A DNA stretch of 37,429 bases from an uncultured archaeon (GTDB taxonomy: Archaea; Asgardarchaeota; Thorarchaeia; Thorarchaeales; Thorarchaeaceae): positions 1-37,429 of the forward strand of contig CAYYQL010000024.1 of NCBI GenBank assembly GCA_964473825.1. The letters run 5' to 3'. Below the pieces are notes generated by a model that worked only from the letters and a program-made list of their open reading frames with translations, did not search any database and was not told the origin of the DNA. Below are positions 17,646-26,944 of the stretch, piece by piece; the stretch's first letter is position 1, and every line of letters starts with the position of its first letter. The position numbers and the translations under genes were made by a program.

Positions 17646-18218
17646 ATGGTGATCAGAGTCGTGTCTGTTCCAGCTTACAAGCTGTTACTAGTGGGCGATG
17701 CCAATGTGGGGAAGTCATCGTTGATTCGCTGGCTTCTTCTGGGAGATTTTGACCCTGACTACACGGCAACTGTAGGTGTTGACCTGAGTGCTGTTGCACT
17801 GAATGTGGACGGAAAGACTCCTGTCATCATGACCATGATCGATTTAGGGGGCCAGTCCGATTTCACGGCGCTCAGGACGCAATACTACAAGGGCGCTCAT
17901 GGTGCTGCACTTGTCTATGACATATCCTGTCACGCTTCGTTTGAGAATCTAGAGACATGGCATGATGAGCTGAAAGAACATATCGAAGAGCCAAACGGCG
18001 TGTCTCTTCAGGGTGTCGTGATTGGAAATAAGATTGACAAGGCAGGGTCAAGAGAGGTGCCGCGAATCGAAGGCAGATCCTTCGCAGATAGCATCGGTTG
18101 GCCATTTCACGAAACAAGTGCCAAGTCTGGTGAACATGTTGAGGATGTTTTTGCGGCGCTTGCTAAGAGAATGTATGTGTCCCACCCCCCTCTGAAGACC
18201 CGAGCCGCCCACACCTGA
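17646..18218 (+). CDS. Rab-like small GTPase
   Basis: GDANVGKSS, YTATVGVD, DLGGQ, YYKGAHGAALVYDIS, GNKID and ETSAK. Confidence 0.93.
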   Translation: MVIRVVSVPAYKLLLVGDANVGKSSLIRWLLLGDFDPDYTATVGVDLSAVALNVDGKTPVIMTMIDLGGQSDFTALRTQYYKGAHGAALVYDISCHASFENLETWHDELKEHIEEPNGVSLQGVVIGNKIDKAGSREVPRIEGRSFADSIGWPFHETSAKSGEHVEDVFAALAKRMYVSHPPLKTRAAHT

Positions 18219-18413
18219 CCAGCCTTGACCATGCCATTCTATGATGGTCATCGCTTTTCCAATCATCGTGTATTCAATGTTGGCAGTGATGTCGAAGTGG
18301 TACCTTGGGCAATCGAGACCCCGAGGATCGCCTTCGATGACTTCTCAGTTGTTGGCTGACTTCGGTTGGGGTCTGTGAGGGCGGATTGGCCCTCCTCCTA
18401 CCCTCTTTCATGT

Positions 18414-19355
18414 TCACTCATCGCCAAAGACGACTCTGTATCTCTCGCTGAAAGCCCCGTAATCCTCGCCGCTTGGTACAAACCTCTCTTTTCCTGAGAA
18501 TCTTATAGGAATCATTGCTTCTTTGTCGAGTCGCCATGGAATGTCTACAACAATCCTCAAGAAGTAGGAGGCATGAATAAGTGAAGAGTGGAAGGCAGCC
18601 GGCCACCTGCTTGAGAACATGAATGAGAGATTGTGCCAATGCTTACCCATCAGTTCTTCTTTCTCTGTGAAGTGTTCCAGAACCTTTCTCTGGGCCTTTT
18701 CTTTCACTCCCCGAGGTGCAACTCTCTCAATATACAGGAGTTCAGCTCTGATTCCCCTCATTTCAGGATCTCCCTGAATGTGATATCGGAAAGTGAACGG
18801 TTCGTCATAACGAACTAGGTCTTCCGGAATCTCGATTCTGACCGTATCTTGCCCGTCTTGAAAAACCTGGGCTGTTTTCGTTTTGGGTCTCAGAACCGGG
18901 ACCCGATGGCTAACATTAATGGAAATGCTCGATTTGAGGTCGAAGGCCCATGAGACCTCTGTCTTCGCATGACACTGATATTTTACGCGGCCATGGATTC
19001 CTTGATACGAACCTGGAATCTCGGCCGGGAGCCTAATCTTGAAGGGGTATTGGTGCTCACCTGGTTCTATGCGCGCGCTGCTTATCAACTCAACAAGTTG
19101 TGATACATGAGTTCTCTTCTCCCTATAGACACGCTTGTCGTCGCCTGAACCTCGAACTACGCGGCTTTTCTCTTCGCCTTGTAGCTGGATGGTGACGCGA
19201 TTGCATCTGAAATCGTCATCGCAACGCAGGAGGACATGACCCTCAACGTATTCACCTGGGTTGAATACCGGCTTCCCTGTTTCTATACACATTTCCCTCA
19301 TGGCAGGATTTCTCTTCTTGTGATTCCTATAATATCTTCTGCGAGTTTCCAACAA
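18414..19355 (-). CDS. Arrestin-fold protein (alpha-arrestin/Vps26/Spo0M-like)
   Basis: FNPGEYVEGHV, IQLQGEE and PGEHQYPFKIRLPAEIPGSYQGIHGRVKY match the arrestin N-domain. The C-half (SSLIHASYFLRIVV...IPI) resembles the arrestin C-domain. Start uncertain (19355, 19301 or 19292). Confidence 0.8.
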   Translation of the reverse strand: MLETRRRYYRNHKKRNPAMREMCIETGKPVFNPGEYVEGHVLLRCDDDFRCNRVTIQLQGEEKSRVVRGSGDDKRVYREKRTHVSQLVELISSARIEPGEHQYPFKIRLPAEIPGSYQGIHGRVKYQCHAKTEVSWAFDLKSSISINVSHRVPVLRPKTKTAQVFQDGQDTVRIEIPEDLVRYDEPFTFRYHIQGDPEMRGIRAELLYIERVAPRGVKEKAQRKVLEHFTEKEELMGKHWHNLSFMFSSRWPAAFHSSLIHASYFLRIVVDIPWRLDKEAMIPIRFSGKERFVPSGEDYGAFSERYRVVFGDE

Positions 19356-19485
19356 GTCACTACCTGGTCAACTACTCACAGCTACAACTCTTCGACCTGC
19401 GGTTTAAGACTTCATCTTATCAACTGCAAGGACGATGATGATCGACTGATGGTCCAAACCCGACAACGGTTTGCAGAATTCCACG

Positions 19486-19518
19486 AAAAAAGGAATCTCA
19501 GGGGGCTCAAAGCCCCCT
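19486..19518 (-). terminator. Hairpin plus U-tract downstream of the M32 peptidase
   Basis: AGGGGGCT-caa-AGCCCCCT inverted repeat at 19500-19518, followed on the minus strand by a T6 run. Confidence 0.55.
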
Positions 19519-19527
19519 AGCTGTTTT

Positions 19528-21039
19528 TCAGATTCCGAAGAGATCTGAGTACTTAACATTCAGGTAGTCCAAGAAGGGTTTTGCCTTGAGACTGCTGCCT
19601 GTGACATTCTTGACAAGATCTGCTGGGTCATACATGGAGGAGTGGCGATGGATGTTTTCGACAAGCCACCTCTTGATTGGCGAGAAATCTCCGCTTGGAA
19701 TGTTCCTCCTCCAGTCAGGCAAGTCTTGGCTTATCTGGTTAAACCACATACCGTCGTAGACGTTTCCCATGGCATAACTTGGGAAGTAACCGTAGTACCC
19801 GCTTGCCCAATGGGTGTCCTGAAGAACACCTTCTCCATCGTGCTCGATTTCAACACCGAGATACTCATCATACTTTTCGTTCCAGATCTGTGGAAGCTCC
19901 GAGATTGATATCTTGTCTGAGAAGAGCGCCTTCTCTATTTCGAAGCGTATAATGACATGCAGGGAATAGGTGACCTCGTCTGCCTCGATTCGTATCTTGG
20001 ACGGTTCAACAAGGTTCACAGCCTTTACCCAGTCTTCCTTTGGCACATCTGCAAAGATGTCACCGGTAAGAGTCCTGAATCTTGGATAGTAGTAGTCCCA
20101 GAACTCGGGAGAGCGACCATACAGGTTCTCGACAAAGCGGCTCATCGATTCATGGATACCCATACTGGCAGCCTCTCCTATGGGCTGGTACATCCAGTCG
20201 TGATTCAGGTTCTGCTCATACAAGGCGTGGCCTCCCTCGTGCAGAATCGCAAAGAGCATCGAGGCTACGTTGTTCACATGGTACTTGACGGTGATTCTAA
20301 CATCATCAAAATATCCTGTCGTGAATGGATGCTCTGTTTCGTCAATCCTACCACCCGCTTCTTCAGAGCTGATGTCATACTGGATTACTTCTGCCAAGTC
20401 CTTGGCAATCTTCCTTTGTGTTGCTACCAGTACTGGTCGCCTCTTGAATTCTCCATCGAAATCTGAAGTGGCCTCTACGCATTTCTTGACCAGCGGAACA
20501 AGACCATCTTTCAGTTCACTGAAGACTTTGTCTATATCGTCTTGAGTCATTCCTCTTTCAAAATCATCAAGCATCGAGTCGTAGATGTTGGAAACACCCT
20601 TGACATCCAACATATACCCATGTCTTTCTCGCTCGAGAGAAACCATCTTCTCAAGTTCTGGTTCGAATCTCTTCCAATCCTTTGCTGCCTTCGCCTTCTT
20701 CCAGGTCTCTACCGACAATGCCTGTTGTCTTGCAATCTTGGCAACAAGCTCAGAGGGTACCTTCGTTTGCTGGTCATACTCTAACCTAGCAAGGTATATG
20801 TTCCGTTTCTGTACTTCATCAAGTCCACTTGTCTTCTCAGCCTCGGATATCAACTCTCCAGTTTCAGGGGCAACGAGCATCTCGTGAGCAATCCTCGACA
20901 AATACGAGATCTGCTCGCTTCTAAGATGTACACCCTTCGGCGGCATATAGGTTTCAAGATCCCAATGAATCTGGTTTCTTGCTGTGGCCACAAGAGTTAG
21001 TTCCCTAATCCTTGTCATAAGCTTCTCATAAGCATCCAT
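19528..21039 (-). CDS. Carboxypeptidase M32 (Taq-type)
   Basis: WDLETYMP, HPF, DVRIT, HEGGHALYEQ, GIHESMS, IRIEADE, GVLQDTHW, GYFPSY. Confidence 0.95.
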   Translation of the reverse strand: MDAYEKLMTRIRELTLVATARNQIHWDLETYMPPKGVHLRSEQISYLSRIAHEMLVAPETGELISEAEKTSGLDEVQKRNIYLARLEYDQQTKVPSELVAKIARQQALSVETWKKAKAAKDWKRFEPELEKMVSLERERHGYMLDVKGVSNIYDSMLDDFERGMTQDDIDKVFSELKDGLVPLVKKCVEATSDFDGEFKRRPVLVATQRKIAKDLAEVIQYDISSEEAGGRIDETEHPFTTGYFDDVRITVKYHVNNVASMLFAILHEGGHALYEQNLNHDWMYQPIGEAASMGIHESMSRFVENLYGRSPEFWDYYYPRFRTLTGDIFADVPKEDWVKAVNLVEPSKIRIEADEVTYSLHVIIRFEIEKALFSDKISISELPQIWNEKYDEYLGVEIEHDGEGVLQDTHWASGYYGYFPSYAMGNVYDGMWFNQISQDLPDWRRNIPSGDFSPIKRWLVENIHRHSSMYDPADLVKNVTGSSLKAKPFLDYLNVKYSDLFGI

Positions 21040-21114
21040 GTCTATCACATCATAGCCTGTCTGATGTTCTGGTGAATGAGAAGACAAGTAGGTTTCGGTT
21101 AATTGTCTTTGTAT

Positions 21115-22047
21115 TCAGGTTATGGGAAGCTCGGCACCCGCTTCCTCTTGTCTGTCTTTGATTGGGTAGTTCACAATAATGATGGCAGCGGTGACACATG
21201 CAAGCCCTGCAAGAAATGTCCAGTATATGACCTCGCTCAATAGCCACGCCGATAGCAGCGTACCGAAGATTGGAACGAGGCTTAAGAAGACTCCAGAACG
21301 TGTGGCCCCGATGTTCTTCACAGCCTCGAAGTAGAGAAGATAGCTCAGAAAGGTCACTACCGCTCCCAGAAACGCAGTGTTGATCCAGAATTCAGGAACT
21401 CCGAGAGCAGGCTGCAGCCAGAAACTCTCCGCGGAGGCGGCGACGCTGAAGAGTAAGAATCCGACGAAGGATGCTCCTGCAACCAGATTCAGCGAGGACA
21501 TTCTCTCCATGATTCGTCTTCCTGCCACTGAATAGAGCGCCCAGATACAGGTAGCAATAATCAGAATCACGTTACCGAAGAGATGTTCGAAATTGAGAAC
21601 TAGCAGATATTGAACTCCGACAGCAAATACTATGCCAAGGAAACCAAGAACCAATCCCGAGTACTGCCATTTCTGCGGAAGCTGCTCTTGAAGTATGAGG
21701 CTTGCGAATATTGCGATTGTGATGGGCTGGATGCCATCGATAATAGCTCCTTGGGCAGATGTTGTGTACACCAAGCCTGTCAGTTCCATAACCTCGAAGG
21801 CAAAGATACCAAAACCACCCACAAGAATCAGGGGCTTGATATCGCTCCTCTTGAATCGCTTGTGCGCCGGTTCACCCCTAAGGGGCATGAAGATGAGAAA
21901 GGTGATGCTTGCAAAGAAGTACCTGAAGAGCCCGACAGTCATCGGTGTTGCCAGTCCAACCGCCACATCCTTGGACACCCATGAAAAGCCCCACAGCAGC
22001 ATAGCCATTACCAACATGACATAGTACTTGACATCGGGTCTCTCCAT
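21115..22047 (-). CDS. EamA/DMT-family transporter (paralogue 1)
   Basis: About 10 TM; LLWGFSW, WALYSV, IGATRSGVF...LVPIFG. Confidence 0.9.
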   Translation of the reverse strand: MERPDVKYYVMLVMAMLLWGFSWVSKDVAVGLATPMTVGLFRYFFASITFLIFMPLRGEPAHKRFKRSDIKPLILVGGFGIFAFEVMELTGLVYTTSAQGAIIDGIQPITIAIFASLILQEQLPQKWQYSGLVLGFLGIVFAVGVQYLLVLNFEHLFGNVILIIATCIWALYSVAGRRIMERMSSLNLVAGASFVGFLLFSVAASAESFWLQPALGVPEFWINTAFLGAVVTFLSYLLYFEAVKNIGATRSGVFLSLVPIFGTLLSAWLLSEVIYWTFLAGLACVTAAIIIVNYPIKDRQEEAGAELPIT

Positions 22048-22189
22048 TTGAGTTCACAACCCATCCCGGTTAATCTGAGGACCCTGTACGGGAAATAAAA
22101 ACGCATGGATTCATGGGAAGAAGTCCTACAGTACAGTCATAACAGTACATTTTTACTTATGGCTCTCATCAGCCGACTATGAGGTACCC

Positions 22190-23602
22190 ATGACAACTTG
22201 GACTTCTTCTGCAGACTATGAGCAAATCAAGGCCGCCGTGACCTATTCTGGAGGCGAAGAGGGAAAGTGGCTCACTTTCGGTCCTATTGGAGACCATCCA
22301 TTATCTGGCAAGCTATTCCCTCCTTACGACCATGAAGGTATGGTCAAAGACCTTGAGGAGCTACGACACATTCTAGAATACGCTACTAGTGCTATGGTAT
22401 TCGACATAAAGCAACTCTTGCAAGAAACACTCAATGAGTGGAAAGAGGACAAGGCCAGACTCAAGCGAGTGATTCTGGGCTGCTTCCCCGATTACGAGCA
22501 AGAGCGAATTGAGAAGATCTTTCATGATCGGTATTTGATTGATATTTCTGCAGGAGATCTCTTTGGAGAGAAATGCCCACTCTTATCGGGAGGGGCGTTC
22601 GAGTTTGGCATTCGCCCTGTCAAGGGTATTGTCAACACGCAAGATTTAGCTCATATGACAGCCGAGGGTCTGATCCTTGGACAGATGTCGTCATGGTATC
22701 GCTCACGTGAGAATCGCATCATGGATGTGGTTGTCAGAAATCACCCGCTGTTCTTGGAGAGATGTCCTTCTATCATCGCTTTAGATGATGGGCAATATCT
22801 CTCGGGCGGTGATATAGTCAACATCGATGAGAACCATATGGCGATTGGCATACGGTCATTCACAGACAGAGAGTCTGCCATCGAGATATCCAAGAGGCTT
22901 CCTGACAAGAGGATATACGCAGTGCTGAAGTTTCCGCAGGAACTTGGAAGTACATGGGTTGCTCACTACGGCAAGCATCTCGACTACATGTTCACGATGT
23001 TGGATAAGGAACGTGCGATGATACAGCCTTACATCTTCGACTATCCCAAGGGAAGCCGAAAGACTCTGCTCAAGATGCTTCAGACCCTGAGCGATGATCT
23101 CTACAAATGGGAACCAGTGAGGGAGGAGTCTGATTTTCAGAAGGACCGATGGGCTGAGATTCCTGACAGACTCAAGCCCAGAATCGAATCTCGAGTCTAC
23201 GGTGGGCTCTCACGAGAACGAGTCAATGCCTTGAAAGACGTCGGTAGCGTCGAGATATATGAGAACGGTAAGCTTGTGGAACAGAATCCGAGCTTCGTGG
23301 ATTCTCTTGTAGATGAGGGATTGCTCGACCCTGATGAGATCATCCTCGTTGGTGGCGATCCCAACAACATCGACTATCGAAACGAATACGAGCATTGGCT
23401 GACTTCTGTCAGAGAGGGGGCATGGGCGTGCTCCGCGGCTGTTCTAAAGCCTAATACAGTACTTGCGTACCATGACATGGAGAGGACCAACGAGAACCTA
23501 CGTTATCACGGCGTAGATACCTACGAGATAGATGGACGCTTTGTGAAGCTGATTCATCGAACTGGGCTCTCTAATTTCATCCTACCCCTATGGAGGGCTT
23601 GA
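22190..23602 (+). CDS. Arginine deiminase/amidinotransferase-fold protein, probably lacking the catalytic Cys
   Basis: NTQD, RSRE, LSGGD, HLDYMFTMLD and RTNENLR motifs. The C-terminus RTGLSNFILPLWR has Asn at the nucleophile position. Confidence 0.75.
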   Translation: MTTWTSSADYEQIKAAVTYSGGEEGKWLTFGPIGDHPLSGKLFPPYDHEGMVKDLEELRHILEYATSAMVFDIKQLLQETLNEWKEDKARLKRVILGCFPDYEQERIEKIFHDRYLIDISAGDLFGEKCPLLSGGAFEFGIRPVKGIVNTQDLAHMTAEGLILGQMSSWYRSRENRIMDVVVRNHPLFLERCPSIIALDDGQYLSGGDIVNIDENHMAIGIRSFTDRESAIEISKRLPDKRIYAVLKFPQELGSTWVAHYGKHLDYMFTMLDKERAMIQPYIFDYPKGSRKTLLKMLQTLSDDLYKWEPVREESDFQKDRWAEIPDRLKPRIESRVYGGLSRERVNALKDVGSVEIYENGKLVEQNPSFVDSLVDEGLLDPDEIILVGGDPNNIDYRNEYEHWLTSVREGAWACSAAVLKPNTVLAYHDMERTNENLRYHGVDTYEIDGRFVKLIHRTGLSNFILPLWRA

Positions 23603-23603
23603 T

Positions 23604-25034
23604 ATGTGGAATGTAAAGGCACGATACGACACTCTCAAAATTGCGATTGTTGAACCCGGACGAGCGGAGCGGTGGTGGGCTACACCTGTCAACGGAGAGT
23701 ACCCAATCGCTTGGGGCTGCGTTGACTTGCCCTATCACACCCACTTCACTAAACTGGAGTCTGACTTGCAGCGTCGAGACCTGCAGAACACCATGCAGAA
23801 TGCCGTGAAAGGAGAGCTCCCAGGTGTGAAACTGTTGACCTTCAGGCAGTTGCTCCAAGAAACCCTTGACGAGTACCGAGAGGATGAATCCAAGGTCAAA
23901 GACATCGTTATGAGGTGTTTCCATGAGTGGGACCGACCTCGAGTTGAGAAGCTCATAGGAGGCAACTGGAGTGATGTCACAGCGGCTCAGATAATCGGTA
24001 GCGACTCCCCTCCTCTTATCAGGGATGGAGATGACTTCAAGGTCGGGATACGGCCGACGCCCTGGGTCCAGAACATCTCAGAAGAGGGCTGGATGACAGA
24101 CCAAGGATGGGTCTACTGCAACAAGAAGACGTGGTGGCGCTCGCGAGAGGATGAGATAACACACGCGATAGTCGAGAATCATCCCGAATTCATAGAGAAC
24201 GTACAGGTGCTTCTGGATCTGAAACCTCCTGCTTACATGGAAGGTGGTGACCTGCGGGCACCAAGCGAGGACACGATTGCAGGCGGTGTGGGATGGCACA
24301 CGAATCTCGAGGCGATGAGGCAAATCTCAGAGGCTCTACCCGAAAAGACAGTCTATGCAGTCCAGAAGGCTGACATAACCGAGGAAGACTTCACTGATGA
24401 GGTCTATGACTTCGGCTGGCATTTCGAAACCTTCCATTGTGAGGTTGACAAAGGGAAGGGTTTGTTCTTACCTTACATGAATGACTACCCAAAAGGTGGT
24501 AGGAAGAAATTCATAGAGTGGCTGAAAGCACTCAAGAGGGATATCGAAGAATGGCATCCTCTTCTCAGGAGATTGCGTGAGAAAGAGATTGAAGTGCCCC
24601 CCGAAGAAGAGAAACGCATCAAGGAGAATGCCCTCAAGGACCTCACCGACGAGAAGATTGCTACTCTCAAAGATGTTGGGAAAGTCTACACCTTCAAGAA
24701 GGGTGAACTGATCTCCAAGCGAGATAGCTACTTACAGGCACTGATTGATGATGGCGTCATGGACGAGGATGGTATCATTTGGTATGGTGGCGACCCGAGC
24801 TGGTTTGAGAATCCTCTGGAGCACTTGACTTCTCTTGCCGGGGCCTTTGCGGCCAAAGCTGAGATTGCAGAATGTCTTAGCCCAGGAGTTGTGTTGGTAT
24901 TCGAAGAGGCTGAGAACACTATCAAGGCCTTGGAGGAACATGGCTGTCGTGTTGTTACATATTCAGCATTCTATCAGAGAAAGACCGGTGGGCCCGGCCC
25001 AGATTGTTCATTCTGTCCACTTCACAGGGAGTAG
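23604..25034 (+). CDS. Arginine deiminase/amidinotransferase-fold protein with catalytic Cys
   Basis: RSRE, MEGGD, WHFET and C-terminal GPGPDCSFCPLHRE; collinear with the upstream paralogue; 1-nt gap. Confidence 0.78.
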   Translation: MWNVKARYDTLKIAIVEPGRAERWWATPVNGEYPIAWGCVDLPYHTHFTKLESDLQRRDLQNTMQNAVKGELPGVKLLTFRQLLQETLDEYREDESKVKDIVMRCFHEWDRPRVEKLIGGNWSDVTAAQIIGSDSPPLIRDGDDFKVGIRPTPWVQNISEEGWMTDQGWVYCNKKTWWRSREDEITHAIVENHPEFIENVQVLLDLKPPAYMEGGDLRAPSEDTIAGGVGWHTNLEAMRQISEALPEKTVYAVQKADITEEDFTDEVYDFGWHFETFHCEVDKGKGLFLPYMNDYPKGGRKKFIEWLKALKRDIEEWHPLLRRLREKEIEVPPEEEKRIKENALKDLTDEKIATLKDVGKVYTFKKGELISKRDSYLQALIDDGVMDEDGIIWYGGDPSWFENPLEHLTSLAGAFAAKAEIAECLSPGVVLVFEEAENTIKALEEHGCRVVTYSAFYQRKTGGPGPDCSFCPLHRE

Positions 25035-25041
25035 TTCAGAT

Positions 25042-25965
25042 TCAGTCGACGTCACCATCGGACATTACCTCTTGTGCAAGGGGATAGTTGATCAAAGAGA
25101 TGCCCACAACCACCAGTATCAGACCAACAATGAATGTCCAGTAGATCGGCTCATTCAAGAGTAAAAATGACAGCAGGGTACCAAAGACTGGAACCAGATT
25201 GATGAAGCCCCCAGCTCGTGTAGCCCCTAGATTACGAATACTCTCGAAGTACAGGAAAAACGATACGAACGTGACCAACAGGCCCAAGAATAGCACGTTG
25301 AACCAGAAGACGGGGTCAGCGAGGGCAGGGAGAGTCAAGACATTCTCTGTCATGGAGCCAAAACCAAAGAGTACACATCCGACCAATGAACCGCCGAAGT
25401 TCAGTTCAGCTGCACTGACTTCCTTCATCGCCTCTTTCCCAACGGAGGAGTAGAGACCCCAGATCATCATCGCCATCAGTATGATAAGATTCCCAATGAA
25501 GTAGTCGATCTGGAAGTCCAGTAATGCTTGTACTCCGATGACAAACACTACGCCCGTAAAGCTCAGGACAAGACCGGTGTACTGCCATCTTCTGGCTAGC
25601 TTCTCTCCATGAATGAAGTGAGCAAATATAGTGATGCTTGTTGGATTAAACCCAGCAATGATTGCACCCTGAGCTGCAGTGGTCAGACGCATGCCGAAGA
25701 GGAACAGGACTCCGTAACCGAAGACGCCTGTCAGTCCGGCGAGAGAAACAAGTTTCAGACTTCTTCCAGTGAACAATCTACGAAAAGAACCGCCAGTAGC
25801 CTTGACTAACACAAGGAAGGGCAAAGTAGCAATCAAGAACCGGAAGAAACCGACGGTGAATGGTGGGGCAATCTCAACGATGATGTCTGCAGAGACCCAC
25901 GAACCGCCCCAGAAGAACATGGCTAGAATCAACGTGAGGAAGTAGAATCTGTCTGACTTTGCCAC
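25042..25965 (-). CDS. EamA/DMT-family transporter (paralogue 2)
   Basis: FWGGSW, AQGAII, WQYTGLVL, LGATRAGGFINLVPVFG. Start set at GTG 25965 by alignment with paralogue 1. Confidence 0.88.
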   Translation of the reverse strand: MAKSDRFYFLTLILAMFFWGGSWVSADIIVEIAPPFTVGFFRFLIATLPFLVLVKATGGSFRRLFTGRSLKLVSLAGLTGVFGYGVLFLFGMRLTTAAQGAIIAGFNPTSITIFAHFIHGEKLARRWQYTGLVLSFTGVVFVIGVQALLDFQIDYFIGNLIILMAMMIWGLYSSVGKEAMKEVSAAELNFGGSLVGCVLFGFGSMTENVLTLPALADPVFWFNVLFLGLLVTFVSFFLYFESIRNLGATRAGGFINLVPVFGTLLSFLLLNEPIYWTFIVGLILVVVGISLINYPLAQEVMSDGDVD

Positions 25966-26136
25966 AGTTTTAACCCTCTGTTGGGCTCTCAAGTCATGGG
26001 ATGTTTCAGAATCAGGGTTGGCGTATCCCCACTCATTACACTTGAACGAGAATCTTAACACCCATAGGCTTGAGTGTTTCATTCGCGATATCCCATGCTA
26101 TATAAGCACTCCCTGAGTTAACTATAATGAATAATA

Positions 26137-26301
26137 ATGCCATACAGATTCGAATGTCAAATGTGTGACGGTGTGGTTACCGGCAAAACGAAAGAAGAAG
26201 TAGTCGAAGGAATCAAGAAGCATGGCGCTGCGGCGCACGGTCTTGATCCTATGCCTCAAGAAGAGGTCGACAAGCGCAAGCCGATGATAGAAGAGTACTA
26301 A
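26137..26301 (+). CDS. Small DUF1059-like metal-binding protein (54 aa; not in the ORF track)
   Basis: Hand translation MPYRFECQMCDGVVTGKTKEEVVEGIKKHGAAAHGLDPMPQEEVDKRKPMIEEY shows CxxC...HxxxxH. TATAA lies upstream (26101) and a terminator-like hairpin downstream. Confidence 0.85.
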   Translation: MPYRFECQMCDGVVTGKTKEEVVEGIKKHGAAAHGLDPMPQEEVDKRKPMIEEY

Positions 26302-26326
26302 TGCAATATTACTCCACACGGTCTAG

Positions 26327-26372
26327 CGTGTATTGGGTCTAGTGCTCAGTACACGTATCTCTTTTCCTTTTT
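26327..26372 (+). terminator. Hairpin plus U-rich tract after the DUF1059-like gene
   Basis: 11-bp stem CGTGTATTGGG/CTCAGTACACG with two G-U pairs on the + strand, followed by TATCTCTTTTCCTTTTT. Confidence 0.6.
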
Positions 26373-26508
26373 ATGTCTGGCAGGATGGAATCACAGACTC
26401 AGATGTGAGATACCAAATCATTTCCGTCTAGCTTCTCCCTCGTGGCGCATGTATCGAAGAGTTCATATTCAGTTGTTCGAGAGACTCGCACACTCGGCGG
26501 AGATTTGT

Positions 26509-26928
26509 ATGACTGAAGACGATGAGTTGCTAGAAATACGACGCAAGAAGATGGAAAAACTCATGAAGATGTCTCAAGAACCCAAGGTTCAAGAGCCGGT
26601 GTCAGAAGGTCATGTTGTTCCTCTCTCGGAAGCCACATTCTGGTCTACATTGAATCAGACGAAAATCGCACTCATCGACTTCTTTGGTGAGTGGTGTGGT
26701 CCTTGTAAGGCTTTGTCCCCTATCTTCGCCAAGCTCGCTGCTGACTACAAGGGAGAGGCCTTTTTCGGCAAGATTGACATCGACAAGAATCCAAGAATAG
26801 CAGCTCAGTTTGGGGTTCAGTCTGTACCGAATGTCGTAGTCTTCAGAGATGGGAAGCCCGTGGGCAATCTTCCTGGTCTTCGAGGCTATGCCGATTACTC
26901 GAACATAATCGAGAAGCTATTGTCGTAA
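26509..26928 (+). CDS. trxA: Thioredoxin
   Basis: WCGPC and FGVQSVP motifs; archaeal-type N-terminal DDELLEIRRKK extension. Confidence 0.92.
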   Translation: MTEDDELLEIRRKKMEKLMKMSQEPKVQEPVSEGHVVPLSEATFWSTLNQTKIALIDFFGEWCGPCKALSPIFAKLAADYKGEAFFGKIDIDKNPRIAAQFGVQSVPNVVVFRDGKPVGNLPGLRGYADYSNIIEKLLS

Positions 26929-26944
26929 GTGCACTGAAAGACGC

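Noticed and set aside
22190-25034. Calling the pair arcA
   Set aside because: Key residues are altered and arcB/arcC are absent from the window, so the symbol would overstate function.
26122-26319. 65-aa minus-strand ORF in the track
   Set aside because: Antisense to the better-supported DUF1059-like gene.
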